A model generated the notes under the pieces. That model was given only the letters and a program-made list of their open reading frames with translations. It did not search any database and was not told the DNA's origin. Positions 18,890 to 27,487 of a DNA stretch of 64,000 nt are shown here, piece by piece. The DNA comes from an uncultured Oscillospiraceae bacterium (GTDB lineage: Bacteria; Bacillota; Clostridia; Oscillospirales; Ruminococcaceae). The stretch spans positions 269,594 to 333,593 of the forward strand of contig CAKSZX010000001.1 in the NCBI GenBank assembly GCA_934526065.1. The letters run 5' to 3'. Both the position numbers and the translations under genes were made by a program. Within the stretch, counting starts at the first letter, position 1. Each line of letters opens with the position of its first letter.

Positions 18890-20106
18890 TGGAATTACAT
18901 TACCCTTTGATATTGGACGGTTCAACCGGTACTCAACTGCAAAAAAGAGGCTATGACGGCGGCGTTTGTGCCGAGGCATGGTCGATAGATCACCCGGAGG
19001 TTGTACAGGATTTTCAAAAGGAATATTTACAGGCCGGCTCACAGGTTTTGTATTCCCCTACATTCGGTGCAAACAGGGTAAAACTTGAAGAAAACGGCAT
19101 TTTCAACAAAGTGTATGACTTTAACTATAAACTTGCCTCAATAAGCAAAAAAATTGCACAGGACAAAGCCTATGTTGCCGGGGATATTGCCCCAACCGGC
19201 AAATTTTTGGCTCCTTTGGGGGACACGCCCTTTGAAGAAATGGTTGAAATATACACCGAACAGGCCAAGGGCTTACAGGACGCCGGTGTTGACTTTTTTA
19301 TCATCGAAACAATGATGACTGTGCCGGAGGCCAGAGCCGCATTATTGGCTGTAAAAAGCGTAAGCGACAAACCTGTTTTCGTCACATTTTCGGTAGATGA
19401 AAAGGGCAATACCCTTACCGGCTCCGACATAGAGGCTGTTTTGGAGATTATGCAGGGCATGGGTGCCGACGCATTCGGCCTTAACTGTTCCGTAGGCCCT
19501 AAGGAAATGTTGGAATCTATAAAACGCCTTACAGACTATGCGGAAGTTCCTCTTATCGCAAAGGCAAATGCCGGCCTGCCCAAAGTTGTTGACGGTAAAA
19601 CCGTGTACGACTGCCCGCCGGAAACCTTTGCCGACTGTGTGCCGGGGCTTGCCCGGGCAGGGGTGCAGATATTCGGCGGTTGTTGCGGCACAATGGCAGA
19701 GCATGTAAAGGCCATAGCCGACGCCGTAAAAAATGTAAAACTTGTAAATCCCAACCCGAAATATACCGATTTACTTCCTCTTTGCACTGAAAAGAAGCTG
19801 TTTCTGTTGCCGAAAGATGTAAAACCCGGCAAGATTTTGCCATGTGATGAAAATTTGGGCGAGGCTTTGGAGGAAGCGGAAACAGACGATGAAAAGTTGA
19901 TCACAGTCCAAATACGCAGAGAGGACGAACTTGATAATTTTGCGGATTATCAATATGCAATATATAAGCCCCTTTGTCTTATGTGCGAGGACGAGAGTAT
20001 TCTTGAACAAGCGTTAAGGCTGTACCAAGGCAGGGCAATGTATGACGGCAATCTGCCGGAAGATTTCTTGCGGAAAATGGCAAAAAAATACGGTTTGATT
20101 TATTAA
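18889..20106 (+). CDS. Homocysteine S-methyltransferase-domain protein (MetH N-terminal Hcy-binding-domain homologue) with ~110-aa unknown C-terminal extension
   Basis: 405 aa. ILDGSTGTQLQ, TFGAN, GLNCSVGP and GGCCGT motifs contain the three Zn-ligand cysteines of the Pfam S-methyl_trans/MetH Hcy-binding barrel. Start overlaps the RACo stop (ATAATGG). Confidence 0.75.
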   Translation: MELHYPLILDGSTGTQLQKRGYDGGVCAEAWSIDHPEVVQDFQKEYLQAGSQVLYSPTFGANRVKLEENGIFNKVYDFNYKLASISKKIAQDKAYVAGDIAPTGKFLAPLGDTPFEEMVEIYTEQAKGLQDAGVDFFIIETMMTVPEARAALLAVKSVSDKPVFVTFSVDEKGNTLTGSDIEAVLEIMQGMGADAFGLNCSVGPKEMLESIKRLTDYAEVPLIAKANAGLPKVVDGKTVYDCPPETFADCVPGLARAGVQIFGGCCGTMAEHVKAIADAVKNVKLVNPNPKYTDLLPLCTEKKLFLLPKDVKPGKILPCDENLGEALEEAETDDEKLITVQIRREDELDNFADYQYAIYKPLCLMCEDESILEQALRLYQGRAMYDGNLPEDFLRKMAKKYGLIY

Positions 20107-20154
20107 AATCAAAAACGGAGTATTCTATATAAAAAACGAAAAATACAAACCGGC

Positions 20155-20706
20155 TTGATATGTGAGGATTTTGACGACAACTTTTTTAACCGCAGGGTTG
20201 CGGCAAAAAAGCTGTTCAAACGGTACAACAAAACCGAGGACGAGGACACCGAGAAAATAGCCGAGATAATGAATAAGCTCTTTAAAAAAGTAGGCAAAAA
20301 TGTTTGGATAGAGCCGGATTTTCACTGCGAATCCGGCAAAAATATTGAGATAGAGGATGATGTTTACATAAACTTCGGCTGTATAATTCTCGACTGCGCC
20401 CGGTTTACAATCGGCAGAAATACATTGTTGGGGCCAAATATAGGTATTTATCGGGTAAACCACTCTCTTGATCGGGCGGAAAGAATAACCGGCGGCTGTA
20501 TTGGCAAACCCGTGCATATAGGTAAAAATGTGTGGCTCGGCGGAGATGTTAAAATTTTGGCCGGGGTTACGATCGGAGACGGCAGCGTTATCGGCGCAGG
20601 CAGTGTTGTTACAAAAGATATACCCCGGGGCGTAGTCGCCGCAGGCAATCCGTGCAAGGTATTGCGTAAAATAGACGAAAGAGATAAACTCGGGTACTTA
20701 AAATAA
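20155..20706 (+). CDS. Maltose/galactoside O-acetyltransferase-family hexapeptide-repeat acetyltransferase
   Basis: 183 aa; Maa-type N-terminal helix (NKLFKKVGKNVWIEPDFHC) and left-handed beta-helix repeats (IGKNVWLGGDVKILAGVTIGDGSVIGAGSVV). TTG start; no upstream ATG before the stop. Confidence 0.7.
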   Translation: MICEDFDDNFFNRRVAAKKLFKRYNKTEDEDTEKIAEIMNKLFKKVGKNVWIEPDFHCESGKNIEIEDDVYINFGCIILDCARFTIGRNTLLGPNIGIYRVNHSLDRAERITGGCIGKPVHIGKNVWLGGDVKILAGVTIGDGSVIGAGSVVTKDIPRGVVAAGNPCKVLRKIDERDKLGYLK

Positions 20707-20765
20707 AATAAAATAAAAAACAAACAGCTATTTATATTCGGCGAGTATAAATAGCTGTTATTAGT

Positions 20766-21092
20766 TTATTCCGCACTGTTTTTGTAATCCGTGCCCCATT
20801 TTTCCATGGCATCCAAAATCGGGCGCATTGATTCACCCAAAGGGGAAAGAGCATACTCTACTTTCGGCGGAACTTGCGGATAGACGGTTCTTGTTATTAT
20901 ACCGTCGTTCTCCATAGAGCGCAAACTGTCGGTTAAAACTTTTTGACTTATTCCCACAAGGTCTTTTTGTAACTCGTTAAAACGCCATGGGCGCTGAAAA
21001 AGGTTTCTCATAATCAGCAATTTCCATTTACTGCCTATAAGCTGTACCGTTGTGGCAACCGGGCAAGCAGGCAGTTCTTCTTTTTTAAGCAT
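20766..21092 (-). CDS. HxlR-family (MarR-like winged-helix) transcriptional regulator
   Basis: 108 aa; CPVATTVQLIGSKWKLLIMRNL...RFNELQKDLVGISQKVLTDSLRSMENDGII is the HxlR signature. Confidence 0.8.
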   Translation of the reverse strand: MLKKEELPACPVATTVQLIGSKWKLLIMRNLFQRPWRFNELQKDLVGISQKVLTDSLRSMENDGIITRTVYPQVPPKVEYALSPLGESMRPILDAMEKWGTDYKNSAE

Positions 21093-21227
21093 ATTACAAT
21101 CTCCTTTAATGTAACATCATTTATTACTGTTACATTTGATTTTAATGTATTGACACCGAAAAGTAAATAGAATAATCGTCTGTTACACATAAAGTTCACA
21201 TGGGTTACTTTTCGGTAACTATATAAT

Positions 21228-21244
21228 AAAAAAGTGCGTACTTG
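21228..21244. promoter_or_regulatory. Conserved 17-mer AAAAAAGTGCGTACTTG (copy 1) overlapping the -35 region of the lipoprotein-gene promoter
   Basis: Exact 17/17 repeat of the motif at 22291-22307. The near-palindromic core AAGTGC/GTACTT is followed by a 17-nt spacer and a TATAAT box. Confidence 0.35.
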
Positions 21245-21313
21245 TTTTCGACTGTAAAAAATTTTATAATAAAGTCGTTGAACACAAAAATAAACTTTTA
21301 AAGGAGTATCACT

Positions 21314-22243
21314 ATGAAAAAGATATTTGCAATTTTACTTTCCGCACTTGTTTTGGCCGGCGGGTTTACAGCTTGTTCAAACAGCGAGGGCGTTTCATCT
21401 TCACAATCCGATACGGCGTCTGTTGCGTCTGAAAATCAAACTTCAAAGCCTGTTGTAACAGCCGGAGAAATAGAAAAAGGCAGTGTTACGGTATATGACT
21501 ACGGAAATGTTAAATTGCACGCAGTTGCAACGGAGGACGCCTTAGGCGACGAGTATTATATCGTAGAGGGAGAAAATTCCCTTATCGGCATTGAATTGCC
21601 CAGCTTTACAGATGATTTGGAAGCTATGAAAAATTATATCGAAAAACTCGATAAACCTGTCGAAGGGTTCTTTATATGCGACCACCCGGCGGGCAAGAGT
21701 TATATTGACGGTGTAAAAATCTACGGCACCGACGGCGCTAAAAAATCTATCGAAAGCGGTTCTACATTCGCCACAACAGACGGTTTGTACCAAACTTTCG
21801 GCGATGATTTCCACGGCGGAGATGACATGGCCGATATAAATACCGTGGTATCCGGTTCGGTTACAATAGACGGTATTGAGTTTAATCTTATCGACAGGGG
21901 CGAAACTTATGACCTTGAAATTCCGTCAATGAATGTTGTTTACACTCATATGCTGGGCAAAACAAGCCATTCTATTCTTCTCAGCGTTGAACGGATGGAC
22001 AATATGGTTAAAGTGTTAAATGAATATCAAAGTACAGGCTACGATATGATACTTTCCGCCCACAGCACACCGGAAGGTCAGGATGCTGTAACCGAGAAAA
22101 TAGCCTATGTTGAAAAGACCAAAGAATTGGCTGAGGAAAGCACAACCGCCGATGAATTTATTCGGGCTATGAAAGAGGCATTCCCGGATTACACAGGTGA
22201 AAATTATCTTGAAATGAGCGCAAGCGCATTATATGCAGAATAA
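21314..22243 (+). CDS. Hypothetical secreted lipoprotein
   Basis: Lipobox signal (LAGGFTAC); 309 aa; no confident family assignment. Confidence 0.5.
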   Translation: MKKIFAILLSALVLAGGFTACSNSEGVSSSQSDTASVASENQTSKPVVTAGEIEKGSVTVYDYGNVKLHAVATEDALGDEYYIVEGENSLIGIELPSFTDDLEAMKNYIEKLDKPVEGFFICDHPAGKSYIDGVKIYGTDGAKKSIESGSTFATTDGLYQTFGDDFHGGDDMADINTVVSGSVTIDGIEFNLIDRGETYDLEIPSMNVVYTHMLGKTSHSILLSVERMDNMVKVLNEYQSTGYDMILSAHSTPEGQDAVTEKIAYVEKTKELAEESTTADEFIRAMKEAFPDYTGENYLEMSASALYAE

Positions 22244-22290
22244 TATGTAAAACGGGCGGGCATTTAAGCCCGCTCGATTTCATAGGTTAC

Positions 22291-22307
22291 AAAAAAGTGC
22301 GTACTTG
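22291..22307. promoter_or_regulatory. Conserved 17-mer AAAAAAGTGCGTACTTG (copy 2) overlapping the -35 of the macro/SirTM promoter
   Basis: Identical to 21228-21244; followed by TTGCCA-16-TAAAAT promoter-like elements; a GCGGGC/GCCCGC terminator hairpin lies just upstream. Confidence 0.35.
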
Positions 22308-22354
22308 CCATAAAATCACAGCGTGGTAAAATAAAGTAAAAGGCGGTGAAAATT

Positions 22355-23131
22355 ATGACCCAAAGCGAGAGAAGAATATTTCTTATACAAGAACTGTTAA
22401 AGGAAAGACACAGCGAGGACATTGAAATCCCAAAAGACAGTACAAACCAAAAAAGACTGCTGAGGGCGCTGTTTAATGTGCGCCCGCCCATACCTGCAAA
22501 AGAAGAATTTTTAAAAATACAAAATAGGTATTTGCAGGAGGCAACAAGAGAAAAAGGTATAGCGGATTATAAAAATTTAACCCAGATTGCCAAAGAAATT
22601 TACCTTTGGCAAGGGAATATAACGCGGCTTAAATGCGACTGCATAGTAAATGCCGCCAACAGCCGGCTTTTAGGGTGCTTCCACCCAAATCACGGCTGTA
22701 TAGACAACGCAATACACACATATGCCGGGGTGCAGTTGCGCCTTGTCTGTAACGAAATTATGGAAAAGCAGGGCAAGGAAGAAATGCCCGGCAGGGCCAA
22801 AATCACACCGGCGTTTAATCTGCCAAGTAAATATGTAATCCACACGGTGGGGCCTATTGTAAGCGTAAAATTGCAACCTGACGATTGCCGTCTTTTAAAA
22901 TCGTGCTATAATTCATGCTTAGATGTTGCCCGGGAAAATGGGCTTAAAAGTATAGCTTTTTGTTGTATATCAACAGGGGAATTTCATTTCCCCAATGAAA
23001 GGGCGGCAGAAATCGCCGTTGAGACGGTAAAGGAATATAAATTGAAAAATCACAGTGAAATCGAGGTGATATTTAATGTTTTTAAAGACGCAGACAGAGA
23101 AATATACGAGAGAATATTATCAAAATATTGA
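22355..23131 (+). CDS. Macro-domain protein (ADP-ribose/O-acetyl-ADP-ribose hydrolase family) with ~80-aa N-terminal extension
   Basis: LWQGNITRLKCDCIVNAANSRLLGCFHPNHGCIDNAIH...TGEFHFP are canonical Macro motifs (NAAN...GGG-like...G[IV][YF]G[FY]P-like). Confidence 0.75.
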   Translation: MTQSERRIFLIQELLKERHSEDIEIPKDSTNQKRLLRALFNVRPPIPAKEEFLKIQNRYLQEATREKGIADYKNLTQIAKEIYLWQGNITRLKCDCIVNAANSRLLGCFHPNHGCIDNAIHTYAGVQLRLVCNEIMEKQGKEEMPGRAKITPAFNLPSKYVIHTVGPIVSVKLQPDDCRLLKSCYNSCLDVARENGLKSIAFCCISTGEFHFPNERAAEIAVETVKEYKLKNHSEIEVIFNVFKDADREIYERILSKY

Positions 23132-23948
23132 AAAGCTCAAAAATGCATTGGATGACGCCGACTGTATTGTTATAGGCGCAGGGGCGGGGCTTTCGACTTC
23201 CCGGGGATATGAATACGGCGGAGAGAGATTTAAAAAATATTTTTCCGATTTTGAGGAAAAGTACGGATTTCACGATATGTACTCCGGCGGTTTTTACCCA
23301 TATAAAACCCTTGAAGAATACTGGGCTTATTGGAGCAGATATATTTATGTAAACAGGTATGTACCGGCGCCAAACAACCTTTATGAAAAACTTTTAAATT
23401 TGGTAAACGGCAAAGATTATTTTGTAATAACCACAAATGTTGACCACTGTTTCCAAAAGGCCGGCTTTGATAAAAAACGCCTCTTTTACACTCAGGGTGA
23501 CTACGGGCTTTTTCAATGTCCGACCCCCTGTTGCAGAGAGACTTTTGACAATAAGGACGCCATAACAAAGATGTACTTTGAGCAAAAAGATATGAAAATA
23601 CCGACGGAGTTAATCCCCAAATGTCCCCATTGCGGCAGGCTGCTCACTATGAATTTACGCAGTGACGATAAATTTGTGGAGGACGAGGGCTGGCACAGAC
23701 GGGCAGAAAGGTATCGGAATTTTTTGAGAACAAGAGAAAATCAAAAAATTCTTTTCTTAGAGTTAGGGGTCGGTTACAATACGCCGGTTATTATAAAGTA
23801 TCCATTTTGGCAAATGACGGCGAAAAATCCAAGGGCGACATATGCCTGTGTAAACATGGGGGAGGCCCTATGCCCGAAAGAAATAAGGGAGCAATCTCTG
23901 AGTATTGACGATGATATATATCGTGTTATCTCACTCCTTGAAAAATAA
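23076..23948 (+). CDS. SIR2-family protein, macrodomain-linked class (SirTM-like)
   Basis: GAGAGLS NAD-binding loop, TTNVDH, and zinc-ribbon Cys pairs (CPTPCC...CPHC); overlaps the macro gene by 56 nt, suggesting translational coupling. Confidence 0.7.
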   Translation: MFLKTQTEKYTREYYQNIEKLKNALDDADCIVIGAGAGLSTSRGYEYGGERFKKYFSDFEEKYGFHDMYSGGFYPYKTLEEYWAYWSRYIYVNRYVPAPNNLYEKLLNLVNGKDYFVITTNVDHCFQKAGFDKKRLFYTQGDYGLFQCPTPCCRETFDNKDAITKMYFEQKDMKIPTELIPKCPHCGRLLTMNLRSDDKFVEDEGWHRRAERYRNFLRTRENQKILFLELGVGYNTPVIIKYPFWQMTAKNPRATYACVNMGEALCPKEIREQSLSIDDDIYRVISLLEK

Positions 23949-23986
23949 AAATCCCGAGGGAATTTGCCCTCGGGATAAATTTTTAA

Positions 23987-25381
23987 TTAAAATTCAAGTT
24001 TTTGCAGTTCGTACATACCGCATATTAAAATTTCAAGTGCGTCCATAAGTCCGTCTATGGAAAAACCTTCTTCTGCCATATGCTCTGTACCTATGTAATC
24101 AGGGTTAGGCACATTGCGTGAAACAATGCCGAAAGCTGCACCGGCAGGAAAAGCCCTCCGGTATGTTCCGCCGCCGATAGTGTACGGTTTTTCATCTTTA
24201 CCGGTAAGTTCATTGTAAACGCCTAACAGAGCTTGTATTGCCGGGTGTTCCGGACCTGAGCAAAATGGCGGATTGCCGCTTGCACTCGTAATTCTTCCGC
24301 CTACCGAACTAAGCTTTTCGCAGAGCTGTTTTTCCATCTTTTCAACCGATGTGCTTGTGGGGAAGCGGATATTTATATTTTGGGTGAACACGCCGTTTTC
24401 AAAATCTATAAGACCGCCTATAACCGTAAGGGGGTCAAAAACATCGTCTTTGGCATCAATGCCCAATGTGCTGCCGTCATAATTGTGGTGCATATCCCGG
24501 ATTAGTTCCATATAGGGCTTTTCATCGGCGGTAAAAAGGTTATTTTCAAGGCCGTAGTCCATAATCATGCCTATGGCGCTTACTTTGCCTTGCGGCCGCA
24601 TTGCGTGGCCGCCTATGCCGTGAGCCGTAACCGTTACTGTGTCTCCGTTGTCGGCAATTTCAAAGTTTTCTTTTTCGGGGAAATTGCCTGCGGATTTTTT
24701 AAATTCTGCCCGGGCAAGATCGGATATTACATTGCTTGCCACTCCGGCTTTAAATTTTACCACATTTCCGTTTTCAATCTTTTTACTTGCAAGGCCGAAA
24801 GAGGCAATGCCTTTTTCGCCGCAGCAAACAGGGAAGTCCGCATCCGGAGTAAAAATAAACACCGGCGGTTTTTCTTGTTGTAAGTAGCAGCGCACATCGG
24901 AAGAACCTGTTTCCTCATCACTGCCGAAAATCGCTCTCATGGTATAAGGCAAGTCCAGGTTTTGCTCCTTGAAAAATTTCATCATGTAAGATGTCAAAAC
25001 CGCAGGGCCTTTGTCGTCGCTTACGCCTCGTCCCACAAGGTAACCGTTGATCTCACGAACGGTAAATGGGTCGGCTTTCCAACCGTTGCCCCGTGGCACA
25101 ACATCAACATGGGCGATAGAAGCAAGGTATTTTTCACTTTTGCCGTCTATTTGTGCATAGCCTGTTCTGTTGTCTAAATTTTTCACCGACAAACCGTTTT
25201 TCTTTGAAATTTCAAGAATTTTTTCAAGAGCTTTTTTAGGCCCCCGGCCGTAAGGCGCACCGTCTTCGGGGGTGCCCTGTACGCTGTTTATGCTTACAAG
25301 GTCCTTGATGTCGGCTACTATGTCCTCTTTGTTTTTTTGTACGAAATCTTTTACTTTCCGCTTAAATTCACTGTCAATCAT
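23987..25381 (-). CDS. M20-family dipeptidase (PepV/Sapep-like)
   Basis: 464 aa; HVDVVP...GRGVSDDKGP metal-binding motifs of M20A dipeptidases. Confidence 0.8.
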   Translation of the reverse strand: MIDSEFKRKVKDFVQKNKEDIVADIKDLVSINSVQGTPEDGAPYGRGPKKALEKILEISKKNGLSVKNLDNRTGYAQIDGKSEKYLASIAHVDVVPRGNGWKADPFTVREINGYLVGRGVSDDKGPAVLTSYMMKFFKEQNLDLPYTMRAIFGSDEETGSSDVRCYLQQEKPPVFIFTPDADFPVCCGEKGIASFGLASKKIENGNVVKFKAGVASNVISDLARAEFKKSAGNFPEKENFEIADNGDTVTVTAHGIGGHAMRPQGKVSAIGMIMDYGLENNLFTADEKPYMELIRDMHHNYDGSTLGIDAKDDVFDPLTVIGGLIDFENGVFTQNINIRFPTSTSVEKMEKQLCEKLSSVGGRITSASGNPPFCSGPEHPAIQALLGVYNELTGKDEKPYTIGGGTYRRAFPAGAAFGIVSRNVPNPDYIGTEHMAEEGFSIDGLMDALEILICGMYELQKLEF

Positions 25382-25413
25382 ATTTGTCCTCCTATGACTG
25401 TTATATACTTAAA

Positions 25414-27003
25414 TTATACTTGCATCGTATCTTTTTTACAAGTCAATATGTGTTTTTTATGGGAAAAAATATCGCAGATTTTTTGTGTAATTGTTACAAT
25501 GCCTATTGCACTTACAATAAAAAATAAACTCCACTGATTTATAAGTTGGCGGTGATTGGACTCCCAAAGCATCATAAACAGCCAAAAGCCCACAAGCCCC
25601 AAGTACGGGGCAAGGGTTGTGTTAAATTTTTTCTCTTTGAGCTTTACAATCCCTCCCGCAACCCCAGTGACAATCATAAACAGGTAAAACGAATTTGAAA
25701 AATTGTTGTATATGCCGTAGTAAGGCCCGTTTTCCAAAACAAGTTTATACACTGTGTTTACAGGTTCCGAAGGCTCGGCGTACAGGTAACTGTAACGCAT
25801 ATCCCGGTTGCCGGAACCGAATGTGCGGCAGGTTTTTCTGTAAAGTAATTTTAAATATCCGCCAAAACCCATTTCTTTAAGTCGGTTTGCTATCTCCTGT
25901 TTATTAAGCTCTATCCTGTTGGCTTTTCCGCCTACGGAACAGGTTATTTCCCATTCGTCAATCCAGCTGTAAGAGCCGTCTTTTTGTAAGCCCATCATCA
26001 AAAAGTGGGTTACCGGCATGGCCTCATCGGCACGGCTTTCTTCTATTACGGTGCCGTATTCCCACCGATGAAAACCGGTGTTTACACCGAGAAATACAAT
26101 GATTGCAATTAAAAATTTTGGCAGTGATTTTTTAAATTTGCCCTTGAAAATACTTTCTGTAAACAGCGCAATAAATATAATTGCTACCGTAGCTTTTATC
26201 TGCATACCAAGACCAAGACAAACCCCGGCCAAAACCCGGTACAAAATTGATTTTTTCTTATCTGCGCACTCCAAAGCTCTGTGCATAAATAAAAGAATAC
26301 AGGGAACGACCCAAACCGAGTAAGTATCCGTATAACTGACGCAGCTTTGAAAATAAACGGGAATATAGCAGGCGGTTATAAACAAAAACATAAGTGCGGT
26401 TTTATTGCCGAAAACCTCGTCTGTATAGTAAAAGGCGGCGGCTATCATAATTGTAAACAGAATATGCCCCACAACCATGGAAACAAAGTAGTAATCCGTA
26501 ACCCCCAAAAGGCTGACAATTTTAAACAAGGCCTGTAAAAGCATAAATTCTCCTACATTGTTTGTATAGTGGTGCAGGTAATTGTTGTAAAGCTGAAAAT
26601 CTTCACTGTTGCCCTGCCGAGAATATATAACAGCGCCGTTGAAAACTTTTTCGTGGTCATATAGCGGAGAATTCATATTAAAAAGGCTCACAACAAATTG
26701 AATGGCAAAAATTAAGATCAAAAATACAATCAAAATCCTTTTGCGGTTTTCAATCAATTTTTCCCGGTGTTTCGAGGATATAAAAATATCGGCTGCCGTT
26801 AAAAAAGCCCAACAGAACATTAAAATTATCTGAACTGCCGGGTTGTAATCAAAAGAAAGATTTTTGCCCAGCCGCCGGAACAAAACAAGACAATATATAA
26901 GGCAGAACAAAACTAAAACAGCTTTTGAATAAAATTTGTTCGCCTTTGAGTTAATGGCGGAAAAACAGCCGCCGTCCGTATTTTTCATATGTATAGCTCC
27001 CAA
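25414..27003 (-). CDS. GT-C-fold polytopic membrane glycosyltransferase (ArnT/PMT/YfhO-like)
   Basis: 529 aa with more than 10 predicted TM helices and no soluble catalytic domain; divergent from a GtrB-like GT2 gene. Confidence 0.45.
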   Translation of the reverse strand: MGAIHMKNTDGGCFSAINSKANKFYSKAVLVLFCLIYCLVLFRRLGKNLSFDYNPAVQIILMFCWAFLTAADIFISSKHREKLIENRKRILIVFLILIFAIQFVVSLFNMNSPLYDHEKVFNGAVIYSRQGNSEDFQLYNNYLHHYTNNVGEFMLLQALFKIVSLLGVTDYYFVSMVVGHILFTIMIAAAFYYTDEVFGNKTALMFLFITACYIPVYFQSCVSYTDTYSVWVVPCILLFMHRALECADKKKSILYRVLAGVCLGLGMQIKATVAIIFIALFTESIFKGKFKKSLPKFLIAIIVFLGVNTGFHRWEYGTVIEESRADEAMPVTHFLMMGLQKDGSYSWIDEWEITCSVGGKANRIELNKQEIANRLKEMGFGGYLKLLYRKTCRTFGSGNRDMRYSYLYAEPSEPVNTVYKLVLENGPYYGIYNNFSNSFYLFMIVTGVAGGIVKLKEKKFNTTLAPYLGLVGFWLFMMLWESNHRQLINQWSLFFIVSAIGIVTITQKICDIFSHKKHILTCKKDTMQV

Positions 27004-27124
27004 ACTTGCGATAAATTAACATAATTATAGCAATATCACGAAATTTTTTCAATAAATTATGGAAATATTCACATTTCTGTGTTATAATTAAAATTCGAGA
27101 ATTCAAGAGAAAAGGAATGTATAA

Positions 27125-27487
27125 ATGAAAAAACATCTTAATGTAAACACCGTGCTTATAGGCCTTTTGGTTATAGTTTCCCTTGGTGTGTTCGGTTATC
27201 AAAAGTTCTTCAAAAATTCACTTTCCGCCGATAACGGCATTGCCGAAGTTTATGTGGGCAATCAGGTGGTAAAAAGAATACCCCTTAACAAGGATGAAAC
27301 ATACACAATTACACAGGGCTTGCTCACCTGCACCATTGATGTAAAGGACGGCAAGGCGGCGTTTATAAACAGCCAGTGCCCGGATCACCTTTGCGAGGGT
27401 TTCGGTTACATAGGCAACGAAAATGATTTTGCCATTTGCGCCCCGGCAAATGTAGGTATGATGATTACATCGCCTGTAAAAAAGTAA
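27125..27487 (+). CDS. NusG_II (DUF1312)-family small membrane-anchored protein
   Basis: 120 aa; N-terminal TM, then V..YV.G..V...PL..D....I.....G...I.V..G.....S.CPD..C-type pattern (CPDHLC). Confidence 0.5.
   Translation: MKKHLNVNTVLIGLLVIVSLGVFGYQKFFKNSLSADNGIAEVYVGNQVVKRIPLNKDETYTITQGLLTCTIDVKDGKAAFINSQCPDHLCEGFGYIGNENDFAICAPANVGMMITSPVKK

Noticed and set aside
20155-20706. Acetyltransferase gene 48 bp downstream of the Hcy-methyltransferase gene considered part of the corrinoid module
   Set aside because: It is a generic Maa/LacA-type hexapeptide sugar O-acetyltransferase with no known link to corrinoid methyl transfer. Adjacency alone is insufficient.
23076-23948. SIR2 protein considered as a stand-alone Thoeris/DSR-type anti-phage effector
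   Set aside because: It is only ~290 aa and has no SLOG/TIR/HerA/helicase partner. It is translationally coupled to a Macro-domain eraser, which fits the SirTM writer/eraser pair better than an NADase defence effector.
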